DNA of 32,000 nt from Nostoc punctiforme PCC 73102 (GCF_000020025.1 NC_010628.1:5940001-5972000), one strand, 5' to 3'. Counted from the first letter of the stretch, positions 1 through 9,075 are shown. Made by a program: numbers and translations. The notes: a model not told the origin generated them from the letters alone.

Positions 1-125
1 TTGGGATTTTAGATTACATCTCAAATTGGTTTACAGTTGCGGGACAGCGCCGGATTTGCACCGAACTTTCCCCGTTACCTCTGGTAGCTGCTCCCCACCA
101 GAACCGAATAACCTTATCGATCATA
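1..125 (-). promoter_or_regulatory. Cobalamin (B12) riboswitch aptamer, 5' portion only; the element continues beyond the left window edge
   Basis: Reverse complement of ~31-101 reads CTGGTGGGGAGCAGCTACCAGAGGTAACGGGGAAAGTTCGGTGCAAATCCGGCGCTGTCCCGCAACTGTAA. This matches the conserved cobalamin riboswitch core (GGGAA..GGTGNAAATCC....G.CCCGC.ACTGTAA) and is preceded by a CTGGT/ACCAG hairpin. The 3' B12-box and the regulated gene are not reached before position 1. Confidence 0.75.
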
Positions 126-232
126 CACTAGGGTCATCTAAGAAAAGGATATTACCTATGCAACAAAATTATAAAAATCAGCTTCTAAATTTTTCAACCA
201 CTAAAAACTTTATTTTATAGGTTTGTATCGGA

Positions 233-487
233 ATGGATTTTTTGACAATTCTAGGATTAGCGGCTGCCACAATAACCACAATCTCTTTTTTGCCACAGAT
301 GTTTAAAACATGGCAAACAAAATCAGCAAAAGATGTTTCTTTTTTAACACTGATTACCTTCATAACTGGTATTTTTTTGTGGTTAATTTATGGAATATAT
401 CTACAATCTTTACCAATTATTCTTGCTAATAGCGTGACATTGCTTTTTAACTTGATAATTTTATGGCTTAAAATTAAATATAGATAA
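233..487 (+). CDS. SemiSWEET / PQ-loop family small membrane transporter (84 aa, 3 predicted TM helices)
   Basis: ATG ORF. The sequence TISFLPQMFKTWQTKSAKDVS contains the PQ-loop motif. Three hydrophobic segments in ~84 aa is the SemiSWEET architecture. Confidence 0.8.
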   Translation: MDFLTILGLAAATITTISFLPQMFKTWQTKSAKDVSFLTLITFITGIFLWLIYGIYLQSLPIILANSVTLLFNLIILWLKIKYR

Positions 488-552
488 AGAACCCCTAGCT
501 AAGTAAGTTGGTAGAAATAATCACAATTATGTTACCGAAACGTAAATAGTCC

Positions 553-678
553 TAAAATCCTTACTAATGACCAATACTTCTCTGCGAGACGCTACGCGTA
601 GCTTGCTTCCACGTTCGCGTAGCGTCCCGTAGGGAAGTGGTACGACTACGCTAAGTACAAGTGACAAAGGACAAATGA
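553..678. repeat. Nostocales-type dispersed intergenic repeat (copy A), hairpin-forming
   Basis: Perfect 11-bp inverted repeat GACGCTACGCG (588-598) / CGCGTAGCGTC (616-626). Shares CCAATACTTCTCT (571-583) and AGACGCTACGCG (587-598) with the copy at 18024-18036 / 18092-18103. Ends in GACAAAGGACAAATGACA, related in reverse complement to 17970-17995. Confidence 0.55.
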
Positions 679-831
679 CAGCCCTTGCTAGTTAGCTTTG
701 ATTGCGCCAACCTACTTACACAAACTCTCGTCAGCCTGTGCGGACTCAAATGAAACCCATAAAGGTGAGTTTTGCTTCTGTAGGCGTGAATTCTATGAGA
801 CTGCATTATTCAAACCCCCTAAAAAACGCCT

Positions 832-2478
832 GTGACATCATCTGTATTTGACTCTGAACGCCTCCTTTTCACCCCCACTACCCCAGACACCAACGCTATC
901 CCCATAATCTTCGCCTTTCCCAATGAATATAGCGTAGGTATCACTAGCCTTGGCTATCAGGTAGTTTGGGCAACTTTGGCAATGCGTGATGATGTGCAGG
1001 TGAGTCGCCTGTTTACAGATACTCACGAACAACTCCCCAGAACCCCAGAAATTGTGGGATTTTCGATTTCCTGGGAACTGGATTATGTGAATATTTTAAA
1101 TTTGCTGGAATCTTTAGAAATTCCTATTCAAGCAACCTCTCGTGATGATTCTCATCCGATAATTTTTGGTGGTGGCCCCGTTCTCACAGCTAACCCAGAA
1201 CCTTTTGCAGATTTTTTTGATGTAATTTTACTGGGAGATGGCGAAAATTTACTGGGAAATTTCATTGAGGCGTACAAAGAAGTCAGAAATGCTTCTAGAC
1301 AAACTCAACTCAAAAGACTTGCACAAGTCCCAGGAATTTATATTCCCAGTTTGTATGAGGTCGAATATCACACAAAAGATGGTGCAGTAAAGTCAATTAA
1401 ACCAATTTCTTCCGAAATCCCCGCAGTGGTGCAAAAGCAGACTTATCGAGGAAATACTCTATCGGCTTCGACTGTAGTCACCGAAAAAGCCGCATGGGAA
1501 AATATTTACATGGTGGAAGTGGTGAGAAGTTGTCCAGAAATGTGCCGCTTTTGCTTGGCGAGTTATCTCACACTGCCTTTTAGAACAGCCAGTCTTGAAA
1601 ATTCATTAATTCCAGCCATTAAAAGGGGTTTAGAAGTTACAAATCGGCTAGGATTATTGGGGGCTTCAGTAACTCAGCATCCAGAGTTTGAAGCGTTGCT
1701 AGATTATATTAGTCAGCCAAAGTACGATGATGTCCGTCTCAGTATTGCTTCAGTGCGAACCAATACCGTAACAGTTCAGTTAGCAGAAACTTTGTCAAAA
1801 CGAGACACGCGATCGCTTACCATTGCAGTAGAAAGTGGTTCTGAGAAAATCCGGCAAATCGTCAACAAAAAGCTGCATAACGACGAAATTATCCAAGCTG
1901 CAATCAATGCCAAAGCTGGCGGATTAAAAAGCTTGAAACTCTATGGAATGGCAGGAATTCCCGGTGAAGAAACAGAGGATTTAGACCAAACTGTGACGAT
2001 GATGCGTAATATCAAAAAAGCTGCGCCGGGATTGCGGTTAACATACGGATGCAGCACCTTTGTACCTAAAGCACACACACCATTTCAATGGTTTGGGGTG
2101 AATCGCCAAGCCGAAAAGCGGTTGCAGTTTTTGCAAAAACAGCTAAAACCACAGGGAATAGAATTTCGCCCAGAAAGCTATAATTGGTCGATTATACAAG
2201 CTTTGTTATCGAGAGGCGATCGCAGGCTCTCTCAACTTCTCCAACTTACTCGTGACTTTGGCGACTCCTTGGGTAGCTACAAACGTGCTTTCAAACAACT
2301 TAAAGGACAAATCCCTGATTTAGATTTCTACGTCCATGCTGATTGGTCAACAGAGCAAGTATTACCTTGGAGCCACTTGCAAGGGCCTCTGCCACAGTCT
2401 ACACTACTAAAGCATTTGGCTGATGCTCAGAGTTATATCAACCCATCCCCAAAGGAATTACAGCCATTGAATTCCTAG
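832..2478 (+). CDS. Radical SAM protein with N-terminal B12-binding-like domain, function unknown (548 aa)
   Basis: GTG-start ORF. CxxxCxxC cluster motif in VRSCPEMCRFCLASY. Flavodoxin-like N-terminal region (IIFGGGPVLTANPEPF). Typical length for this family. Confidence 0.85.
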   Translation: MTSSVFDSERLLFTPTTPDTNAIPIIFAFPNEYSVGITSLGYQVVWATLAMRDDVQVSRLFTDTHEQLPRTPEIVGFSISWELDYVNILNLLESLEIPIQATSRDDSHPIIFGGGPVLTANPEPFADFFDVILLGDGENLLGNFIEAYKEVRNASRQTQLKRLAQVPGIYIPSLYEVEYHTKDGAVKSIKPISSEIPAVVQKQTYRGNTLSASTVVTEKAAWENIYMVEVVRSCPEMCRFCLASYLTLPFRTASLENSLIPAIKRGLEVTNRLGLLGASVTQHPEFEALLDYISQPKYDDVRLSIASVRTNTVTVQLAETLSKRDTRSLTIAVESGSEKIRQIVNKKLHNDEIIQAAINAKAGGLKSLKLYGMAGIPGEETEDLDQTVTMMRNIKKAAPGLRLTYGCSTFVPKAHTPFQWFGVNRQAEKRLQFLQKQLKPQGIEFRPESYNWSIIQALLSRGDRRLSQLLQLTRDFGDSLGSYKRAFKQLKGQIPDLDFYVHADWSTEQVLPWSHLQGPLPQSTLLKHLADAQSYINPSPKELQPLNS

Positions 2479-2486
2479 CTGAAAAC

Positions 2487-2678
2487 TTGATGCAAAACAC
2501 AGCTGAGTATTACTGCGCCTATTGCGGCGAACCGAACTTAACTTTTATTGATTTGAGTGCTGGAGGGCAGCAATCTTATGTAGAAGATTGTCAAGTTTGC
2601 TGTAACCCAAATATTTTGTATGTGCGGGTTGACGAAGATACCCTAGATATCGAGATTGATACCGAATCCGAAAGTTGA
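2487..2678 (+). CDS. CPXCG-motif cysteine-rich small protein (zinc-ribbon-like); likely true start is the ATG at 2490
   Basis: Two Cys pairs (CAYCGE ... CQVCCNP) and an acidic C-terminal tail. Lies 8 bp after the radical SAM stop. Confidence 0.7.
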   Translation: MMQNTAEYYCAYCGEPNLTFIDLSAGGQQSYVEDCQVCCNPNILYVRVDEDTLDIEIDTESES

Positions 2679-2697
2679 ATTTTAGGTTTTTCTTTCC

Positions 2698-3147
2698 ATG
2701 CTGCACTTTAAACATTCCTCAGTAATTAATGCCACACCAGAAGTAGTTTGGAAATTTCACGAAAGGCCAGATATTTTGCAACTGCTGAATCCACCTTGGC
2801 AGCCAGTCCAAGTGGTTCGTCGTGAGGGAGGGCTGAACGTGGGCGCTATCACAGAGTTTCGCCTGTTTCTCGGGCCATTACCCTTAACTTGGTTAGCACG
2901 TCATACTGAATGCGACAAATATCGCCTGTTTACCGACGAACAGATATCTGGCCCCTTTGAGTCTTGGGTGCATCGACATGAATTTGAACCGGAAGCTGGC
3001 AAAACTAGGCTGACTGATGCTATTTCCTTCTCGATGCCTGGTGGAGAAACAGTTGAATTTGTCAGTGGTTGGTTAGTGCAAGTGCAACTAGAAGCAATGT
3101 TTCGCTATCGCCATTATGTGACGAAACGAGAATGTGAGTCACAATAG
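2698..3147 (+). CDS. SRPBCC (START/Bet v1-like) ligand-binding family protein (149 aa)
   Basis: ATG ORF 19 bp after the previous gene. N-terminal S.I.A.PE.VW.F pattern and W..H.H.F motif typical of the SRPBCC/cyclase-dehydrase fold. Confidence 0.7.
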   Translation: MLHFKHSSVINATPEVVWKFHERPDILQLLNPPWQPVQVVRREGGLNVGAITEFRLFLGPLPLTWLARHTECDKYRLFTDEQISGPFESWVHRHEFEPEAGKTRLTDAISFSMPGGETVEFVSGWLVQVQLEAMFRYRHYVTKRECESQ

Positions 3148-3169
3148 CAAAATGTGCTACTAGCAAAAA

Positions 3170-3988
3170 TTAATTATCTTGATTCTTCAACCCTTGCCGT
3201 GAAACCCACTTTATCAAACCAGGAAACAAGCGATACAAACTTTGCGATAAATTAGCCGAACCAACCATCACTTCTGACTTTTTATTCTTGACTGCATCCC
3301 AGATAGCATTTGCTACATCTTCAGGCTTCTCCACCACCGGATTTTTCAGCACATTCTCAAGCTGTCCACGGCGAGTATGAGTATCTTGCTCATCCTGGCC
3401 TCGAAAAACTGCCCGTTCCATTAAAGTACTCTTAATTAAATTCGGATAAATCCCACAAACATGAATACCTTTTGGCTGTAGTTCTACTTGCAGCGATTCC
3501 GTCAACCCTGTCACACCAAACTTACTAGTACAATAGGGAACCAAGTAAGCACTTGGCACCTTACCACCGATGGAACTTAAATTAACTATAGTTCCACTTC
3601 GACGCTGGAGGAAATGAGGCAGAAGGGCATTAATAGTGTGGATATATCCCCATAAATTAGTGTCTATAATTTGATGCCAATCACTAAGAGAAAACTGCTC
3701 TACTGGCCCCGATGCAAAGATGCCGGCATTGTTTATCAGCACGTCGATATAGCCATAATTTCCTAATGCCTTTTGCACTAACGCGTTTACCTGAGATGAG
3801 TCAGTGACATCGCAAGTAATCGTTAATGGTGCAGGGCAGCCAATGCTTTGCACTTCCTGCGCTAAGGCTTCCAAGCGGTCAGCATGACGAGCTGCAAGTA
3901 CCAAGTCATATCCTTGCCGCGCAAATAAAAGAGCCGTTGCTTTGCCAATGCCTTCAGAAGCACCTGTAATTAGCACCGTAGGAGCCAT
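3170..3988 (-). CDS. Short-chain dehydrogenase/reductase (SDR) family oxidoreductase (272 aa)
   Basis: TGASEGIGKA (TGxxxGIG cofactor motif), NNAG, and the YCTSK catalytic YxxxK motif. Confidence 0.85.
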   Translation of the reverse strand: MAPTVLITGASEGIGKATALLFARQGYDLVLAARHADRLEALAQEVQSIGCPAPLTITCDVTDSSQVNALVQKALGNYGYIDVLINNAGIFASGPVEQFSLSDWHQIIDTNLWGYIHTINALLPHFLQRRSGTIVNLSSIGGKVPSAYLVPYCTSKFGVTGLTESLQVELQPKGIHVCGIYPNLIKSTLMERAVFRGQDEQDTHTRRGQLENVLKNPVVEKPEDVANAIWDAVKNKKSEVMVGSANLSQSLYRLFPGLIKWVSRQGLKNQDN

Positions 3989-4814
3989 ACTTTAAGTTTA
4001 AAAAACCTATTTACTATTTATTAGTCTGGATAATAACACTCCAAAAATCTTCTAACTTCCGTTGGATTTTTGATTGTATCCTAAATAGGTTTTTAGTCAG
4101 ATTACAAATTTTCAATAGCATTTATTTGGTAAAAATACCTCTGCTCTCTAGGCTAATAAAAGCTATTATGAACTTTTGTTAGATAAATATTTTCTAAACC
4201 TCCTTAAAATCTCATTCTTTAGAGTTGCATCTACTTTGAAACTAGAGACAGATAGCGTCAAATGGGTAAGTTAAGTAATATGAACAATGTAATTAACTTC
4301 TTAAGGTAGCTTAATAATTGCACCTTATCTTAGCGATCAAACTGAAACCTCATACAATGGCAAAAAGCGCAATGCTGCTAAACTTGTGCTAACTCCTCAC
4401 CCTGAAATTTGGAACGATAGCCTAAGTATTATTAGTTTTCTAGCTTACCTACTTTGGGAACAGCTACAGCCTAGTGCAATATGTACGCGCGCTCATTTCC
4501 TATACTCTCCGTTAATCTTGATTGTCTTTGTTACAGACTGTTTAGAAAAAATCACAGATAATTAGCTGGTTATTAAAAATACTAGGCTCAACGATGTCCT
4601 CACTTATATCACCCAACCTTCCAACCGAAAACAGTTTTGAGAATGGCAGTTGCGTGTGTAATACTAGTTAAAGTATCTTAATATTTCTACATATTTTTGA
4701 GCATTGGCATTGTCCAGTGTAAAACATAGACCACTAACAGATTTTCTCGGTTAGCTGTTTTTGTCATGACTATATTTTTGGAATTTTCACCTGAATGCTA
4801 GGCGGAGTAAAAGC

Positions 4815-5576
4815 GTGATCCAGTTAGAACAACCACTCAGTCATCAAGCAAAACTGACTCCAGTACTGAGAAGTAAATCTCAGTTTAAGGGGCTTTTCAT
4901 TGCTATTGTCATTGTTAGCGCATGGGTCATTAGCCTGAGTTTATTACTTTCCCTTGACATCTCAAAGCTAAAATTTTGGATGTTATTGCCTGTTATACTA
5001 TGGCAAACATTTTTATATACGGGATTATTTATTACATCTCATGATGCCATGCATGGCGTAGTATTTCCCCAAAACACCAAGATTAATCATTTGATTGGAA
5101 CATTGACCCTATCCCTTTATGGTCTTTTACCATATCAAAAACTATTGAAAAAACATTGGTTACACCACCACAATCCAGCAAGCTCAATAGACCCGGATTT
5201 TCACAATGGTAAACACCAAAGTTTCTTTGCTTGGTATTTTCATTTTATGAAAGGTTACTGGAGTTGGGGGCAAATAATTGCGTTGACTATTATTTATAAC
5301 TTTGCTAAATACATACTCCATATCCCAAGTGATAATCTAACTTACTTTTGGGTGCTACCCTCGCTTTTAAGTTCATTACAATTATTCTATTTTGGTACTT
5401 TTTTACCCCATAGTGAACCAATAGGGGGTTATGTTCAGCCTCATTGTGCCCAAACAATTAGCCGTCCTATTTGGTGGTCATTTATCACGTGCTATCATTT
5501 TGGCTACCACGAGGAACATCACGAATATCCTCATATTTCTTGGTGGCAGTTACCAGAAATTTACAAAGCAAAATAG
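4815..5576 (+). CDS. crtW: Beta-carotene ketolase CrtW (membrane di-iron desaturase family)
   Basis: GTG start with GGAG 8 nt upstream. Histidine boxes HDAMHG, HWLHHH and HEEHHEYP. Overall pattern (LWQTFLYTGLFITSHDAMHGVV ... LQLFYFGTFLPH) matches my memory of cyanobacterial CrtW. Confidence 0.8.
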   Translation: MIQLEQPLSHQAKLTPVLRSKSQFKGLFIAIVIVSAWVISLSLLLSLDISKLKFWMLLPVILWQTFLYTGLFITSHDAMHGVVFPQNTKINHLIGTLTLSLYGLLPYQKLLKKHWLHHHNPASSIDPDFHNGKHQSFFAWYFHFMKGYWSWGQIIALTIIYNFAKYILHIPSDNLTYFWVLPSLLSSLQLFYFGTFLPHSEPIGGYVQPHCAQTISRPIWWSFITCYHFGYHEEHHEYPHISWWQLPEIYKAK

Positions 5577-5675
5577 TATTGTTTATCTAATATCATGTCA
5601 AATGGCTGCAATGATCGCACAGTAATCTATATAGTTTGAGCAAGAGGTTGTTTTAACTAATAGACTATCCTGCTT

Positions 5676-6647
5676 ATGCCAATTAATAATTGTCGTCTTG
5701 TCACCTATAGCCCTGCTTATACAATCGTTCCTACTTATGAGTGCTTTAATCGCTGTAGTTACTGCAACTTTCGTAGCGAACCTGATAAAAGCCCCTGGAT
5801 GAGTATTTCAGATGCACGAAGCATTTTAAAACCACTCCAAAGCGAAAAAGTCTGTGAAATCCTCATACTAAGCGGTGAAGTTCATCCTCATTCGCCAAGG
5901 CGTGAGGCGTGGTTTAGACGAATTTATGATTTGTGCAAGTTAGCCCTTTCAATGGGGTTTTTACCACATACCAATGTAGGACCATTGAGTTTTGATGAAA
6001 TGCAAAAACTCAAGGGTGTAAATGTCTCGATGGGGCTGATGCTGGAACAGTTAACGCCAACATTATTAAATAGTGTACATCGACACGCACCAAGTAAATT
6101 GCCAGAAGCTCGTTTACAACAATTGCAATGGGCGGGAGAGTTACAAATTCCCTTTACAACTGGCTTACTCTTAGGAATTGGAGAAACCTCTGATGATTGG
6201 TGGGAAACCTTAGAAGCTATATCTAACTTGCACCAACGTTACCATCACATTCAAGAAACGATCCTGCAACCTCATAGTCCAGGAAATCAGCAAACTTTTG
6301 ATGCACCTCCTTTTAATCCCCATCAATTACCAGAAGTAATTGCTCAAGCACGTAAGATTTTACCGCCAGATATTACTATTCAAATTCCGCCAAATTTAGT
6401 TAAGGATGACCTATGGTTACTCGCTTGTATCGAAGCTGGTGCGGGAGATTTGGGTGGAATTGGGCCAAAAGATGAAGTAAATCCCGATTATCCTCATATT
6501 CAGGAACAGGCATTGAGAGAAATTCTACAACCTGCTGGGTGGGAATTGGTGCCGCGATCGCCAGTTTATCCGCAATTTGATAGCTGGTTGTCGGGGGAGT
6601 TGCAAACAGCAGTGAAGCGATCGCGGAATGCTATGTTATTGGTTTAA
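5676..6647 (+). CDS. cofG: FO (7,8-didemethyl-8-hydroxy-5-deazariboflavin) synthase subunit CofG, radical SAM
   Basis: N-terminal YECFNRCSYCNF CxxxCxxC motif. ~320 aa TIM-barrel-length protein with the VTYSPAYTIVPT lead-in typical of CofG rather than CofH. Confidence 0.75.
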   Translation: MPINNCRLVTYSPAYTIVPTYECFNRCSYCNFRSEPDKSPWMSISDARSILKPLQSEKVCEILILSGEVHPHSPRREAWFRRIYDLCKLALSMGFLPHTNVGPLSFDEMQKLKGVNVSMGLMLEQLTPTLLNSVHRHAPSKLPEARLQQLQWAGELQIPFTTGLLLGIGETSDDWWETLEAISNLHQRYHHIQETILQPHSPGNQQTFDAPPFNPHQLPEVIAQARKILPPDITIQIPPNLVKDDLWLLACIEAGAGDLGGIGPKDEVNPDYPHIQEQALREILQPAGWELVPRSPVYPQFDSWLSGELQTAVKRSRNAMLLV

Positions 6648-6962
6648 CAAAACATTGCTAGACCCACACCACCAAAATAGCTTCAAATCAAGACTATGGG
6701 TGACGAATTCCCAATGCATCCTTCAGAAGATATAGATGGCAGCCCAAACCCTGTTGTAAAATAGACATTAAGAAGGATTTGGGGGGCCATTTACTGGTCA
6801 TAAACGCCTATAGAAACTATCTTCGGAAATCTCCAAGGTTTAAAGTCCAGCCAGCTGAAGCAACTACAGCGGCTGTATCACCAGCGTATACCAGGCGATC
6901 GCATCACCACGCCTGAGTTTTCCCAGCGTCTGGCAGCAATTAGCACAGAAGTCAATCAGCCG

Positions 6963-8555
6963 GTGTGCGCCTACATAAACCGTCGCGGGCAAGTGATTCG
7001 CGTCGGGGTAGGTACACCGCGTCAAACGCAAATACCACCGATGGAATTGCCCCGTTACGGTGCAGAACGACTCAGTGGTATTCGTTGTATTGCCACCCAT
7101 CTGAAGCCAGAACCGCCAAATGAAGCCGCACTCACGGCTATGGCCCTGCAACGCTTAGATGCCCTAGTTGTCCTAAACATTACCGGAACAGGATTTACAC
7201 GGCGGGGAGGCGGTGCAACTGGGTATGTAAAAGAAGCTTATCTAGCTCATCTAATACCCCAAGAGTCTCGTACCCTGATTACTAGTCCTGCTGCTTTCAA
7301 AGTAGAAGAGAGCAAAATTCAAACCCCAAGTTGGAATATATCGCCACCGATGGATTTGGACGATCTGGCAGACCAGGATTTAGTAGATTTGGTGGAAAAT
7401 CTGGAAGCAGAATTCCAGCGCGAATTTATCGCCCAGGAAGTAGATGCTGACCACGATCGCGTGCTAATTGTGGGGCTGATGACCAGTGAGACAACTCCCC
7501 TACAATTCCAAGATACTTTAGCAGAATTGGCACGTTTAGTTGATACTGCTGGGGGAGATGTATTACAGACAATACAACAAAAGCGATCGCGCGTTCATCC
7601 CCAAACAGTAGTTGGGGAAGGTAAAGTACAAGAAATTGCCCTAACAGCCCAAACACTAGGAGTTAATCTTGTCGTCTTCGACCGCGACCTCTCACCCTCC
7701 CAAGTCCGCAACTTAGAATTGCAAATTGGCATCCGGGTGGTTGACCGCACCGAAGTAATTTTGGATATTTTTGCTCAACGCGCTCAATCCCGTGCCGGTA
7801 AATTGCAAGTAGAACTAGCACAGCTAGAATATATGCAACCGCGACTGGCTGGTAGAGGTCGCACCATGTCCCGATTGGGTGGTGGTATAGGGACTCGTGG
7901 TCCTGGTGAAACAAAACTGGAAACCGAACGCCGTGCCATCGGGCAGCGTATTTCCCGACTGCAAAAAGAAGTAACTCAGTTGCAAGCCCATCGTTCGCGC
8001 TTACGCCAACGAAGGCAGCATCGAGAAGTTCCTTCAGTCGCTTTAGTTGGATATACCAATGCTGGTAAGTCTACCCTGTTGAACGCTCTCACTAATGCAG
8101 AAGTTTATACAGCCGACCAACTATTTGCCACTCTCGATCCCACCACCCGCCGCCTAGTGATTCCTTATGGCGAAACAAATGAACATCAGGAAATTCTGAT
8201 TACAGATACGGTAGGGTTTATACACGAACTACCTGCATCATTAATGGATGCCTTCCGCGCCACCTTGGAGGAAGTCACAGAAGCCGATGCCCTACTACAT
8301 TTGGTAGATTTGTCTCATCCTGCTTGGTTGCGTCATATTCGCTCAGTCAGGGAAATTTTGGCACAAATGCCAATAACTCCTGGTCCGGCGCTAGTGATTT
8401 TTAACAAGATCGATCAAGCAAATAGTGAGACACTAGCTCTAGCTAGAGAAGAATTTCCTCTCGCGGTATTTATTTCTGCGAGTCAGCGCTTGGGATTAGA
8501 AACCCTACGCCACCGCCTTGCTCAACTAATTGAATATGCCGTTGACAGTAGGTAA
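6963..8555 (+). CDS. hflX: GTPase HflX (long cyanobacterial form); reading frame is open upstream to 6804, see findings
   Basis: G1 motif GYTNAGKST, DTVGF (G3), NKID (G4), and the HflX N-domain (GKVQEIA...VVFDRDLSPSQVRNLE). The first canonical start is GTG 6963. Confidence 0.85.
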   Translation: MCAYINRRGQVIRVGVGTPRQTQIPPMELPRYGAERLSGIRCIATHLKPEPPNEAALTAMALQRLDALVVLNITGTGFTRRGGGATGYVKEAYLAHLIPQESRTLITSPAAFKVEESKIQTPSWNISPPMDLDDLADQDLVDLVENLEAEFQREFIAQEVDADHDRVLIVGLMTSETTPLQFQDTLAELARLVDTAGGDVLQTIQQKRSRVHPQTVVGEGKVQEIALTAQTLGVNLVVFDRDLSPSQVRNLELQIGIRVVDRTEVILDIFAQRAQSRAGKLQVELAQLEYMQPRLAGRGRTMSRLGGGIGTRGPGETKLETERRAIGQRISRLQKEVTQLQAHRSRLRQRRQHREVPSVALVGYTNAGKSTLLNALTNAEVYTADQLFATLDPTTRRLVIPYGETNEHQEILITDTVGFIHELPASLMDAFRATLEEVTEADALLHLVDLSHPAWLRHIRSVREILAQMPITPGPALVIFNKIDQANSETLALAREEFPLAVFISASQRLGLETLRHRLAQLIEYAVDSR

Positions 8556-8614
8556 ATGTTGAGTAACTAATTCAGTGTTAGCACTTCATATTAGTGTCGT
8601 GAATATTTAACTTT

Positions 8615-8650
8615 AGGGAAGGCAATTTATCGCCTTCCCTTATTTATTGC
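8615..8650 (+). terminator. Rho-independent terminator candidate after hflX
   Basis: 9-bp stem AGGGAAGGC (8615-8623) / GCCTTCCCT (8632-8640), 8-nt loop, then the T-rich TATTTATT. Confidence 0.5.
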
Positions 8651-8784
8651 ATTTCTATAAGGAAGAGTAGAAAAGTTGAATTATGCTTTTAACTTTAATT
8701 TTCCAGATATTTTTAACGCACCATTTTAGCATTGCCATACCAGTACAGTGGTTTTATGGCTCCTGTTTGATTTTTGTTCGCGCT

Positions 8785-8933
8785 GGGTGGTTTCATACAA
8801 CCAGAGAAAAACTAAAACTGGGTTTCAAAACCTCTCCCCGAAACGGAGAGAGATTTGGAGAGGCATAAAAAGCCATGCCACAAAAAAATAAATCAAGACT
8901 TATGTATTTTTCTTTTTTAGTATGAAACCACCC
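8785..8933. repeat. MITE-like 149-bp element with 14-bp perfect terminal inverted repeats
   Basis: GGGTGGTTTCATAC (8785-8798) versus GTATGAAACCACCC (8920-8933). Flanked by a 21-nt direct repeat with one mismatch (8763-8783 / 8936-8956). The interior has a CTCTCCCCGAAACGGAGAGAG hairpin. Confidence 0.45.
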
Positions 8934-8956
8934 TGCTGTCTGATTTTTGTTCGCGC

Positions 8957-9075
8957 AGCATGGCGTAGCCATACTAACTTGCGTGGTGCGCGTTCGCGGA
9001 GCGTGTCGCAGACAAGCCTCTCGTAGAGAAGCGTCTCGTAGAGAAGCGCAGCGCAAGCGCGATAGGCAAGGAGTG
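8957..9075. repeat. Dispersed intergenic repeat (copy C) with internal 15-bp tandem duplication
   Basis: TCTCGTAGAGAAGCG occurs twice in tandem (9019-9033, 9034-9048). GC-rich CGCG/GCGTAGC-type motifs resemble copies A and B. Confidence 0.45.

Noticed and set aside
26-220. 64-aa plus-strand ORF at the left edge
   Set aside because: It overlaps the minus-strand cobalamin riboswitch core, and its Pro/Ser-rich translation looks non-protein-like. Treated as spurious.
727-734. CTGACGAG on the minus strand, resembling the hammerhead ribozyme CUGANGA core
   Set aside because: No adjacent stem II hairpin followed by GAAA is present, and no matching cleavage-site helix could be drawn on either strand. 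Likely a chance match.
5431-5625. 64-aa ORF overlapping the 3' end of crtW in another frame
   Set aside because: It overlaps the well-supported crtW CDS, including the HEEHH box region. No independent signal.
6864-7914. Minus-strand ORFs (95, 76, 83 aa) opposite hflX
   Set aside because: They are antisense to a conserved GTPase gene. Their Arg/Gly/Cys-rich low-complexity translations are not credible.
8683-9056. 61-aa (+) and 87-aa (-) ORFs in the hflX-downstream region
   Set aside because: Both are composed of the MITE-like element and the GC-rich repeat, including a 15-bp tandem duplication. The repetitive translation (ASLRDASLREA) is an artefact.
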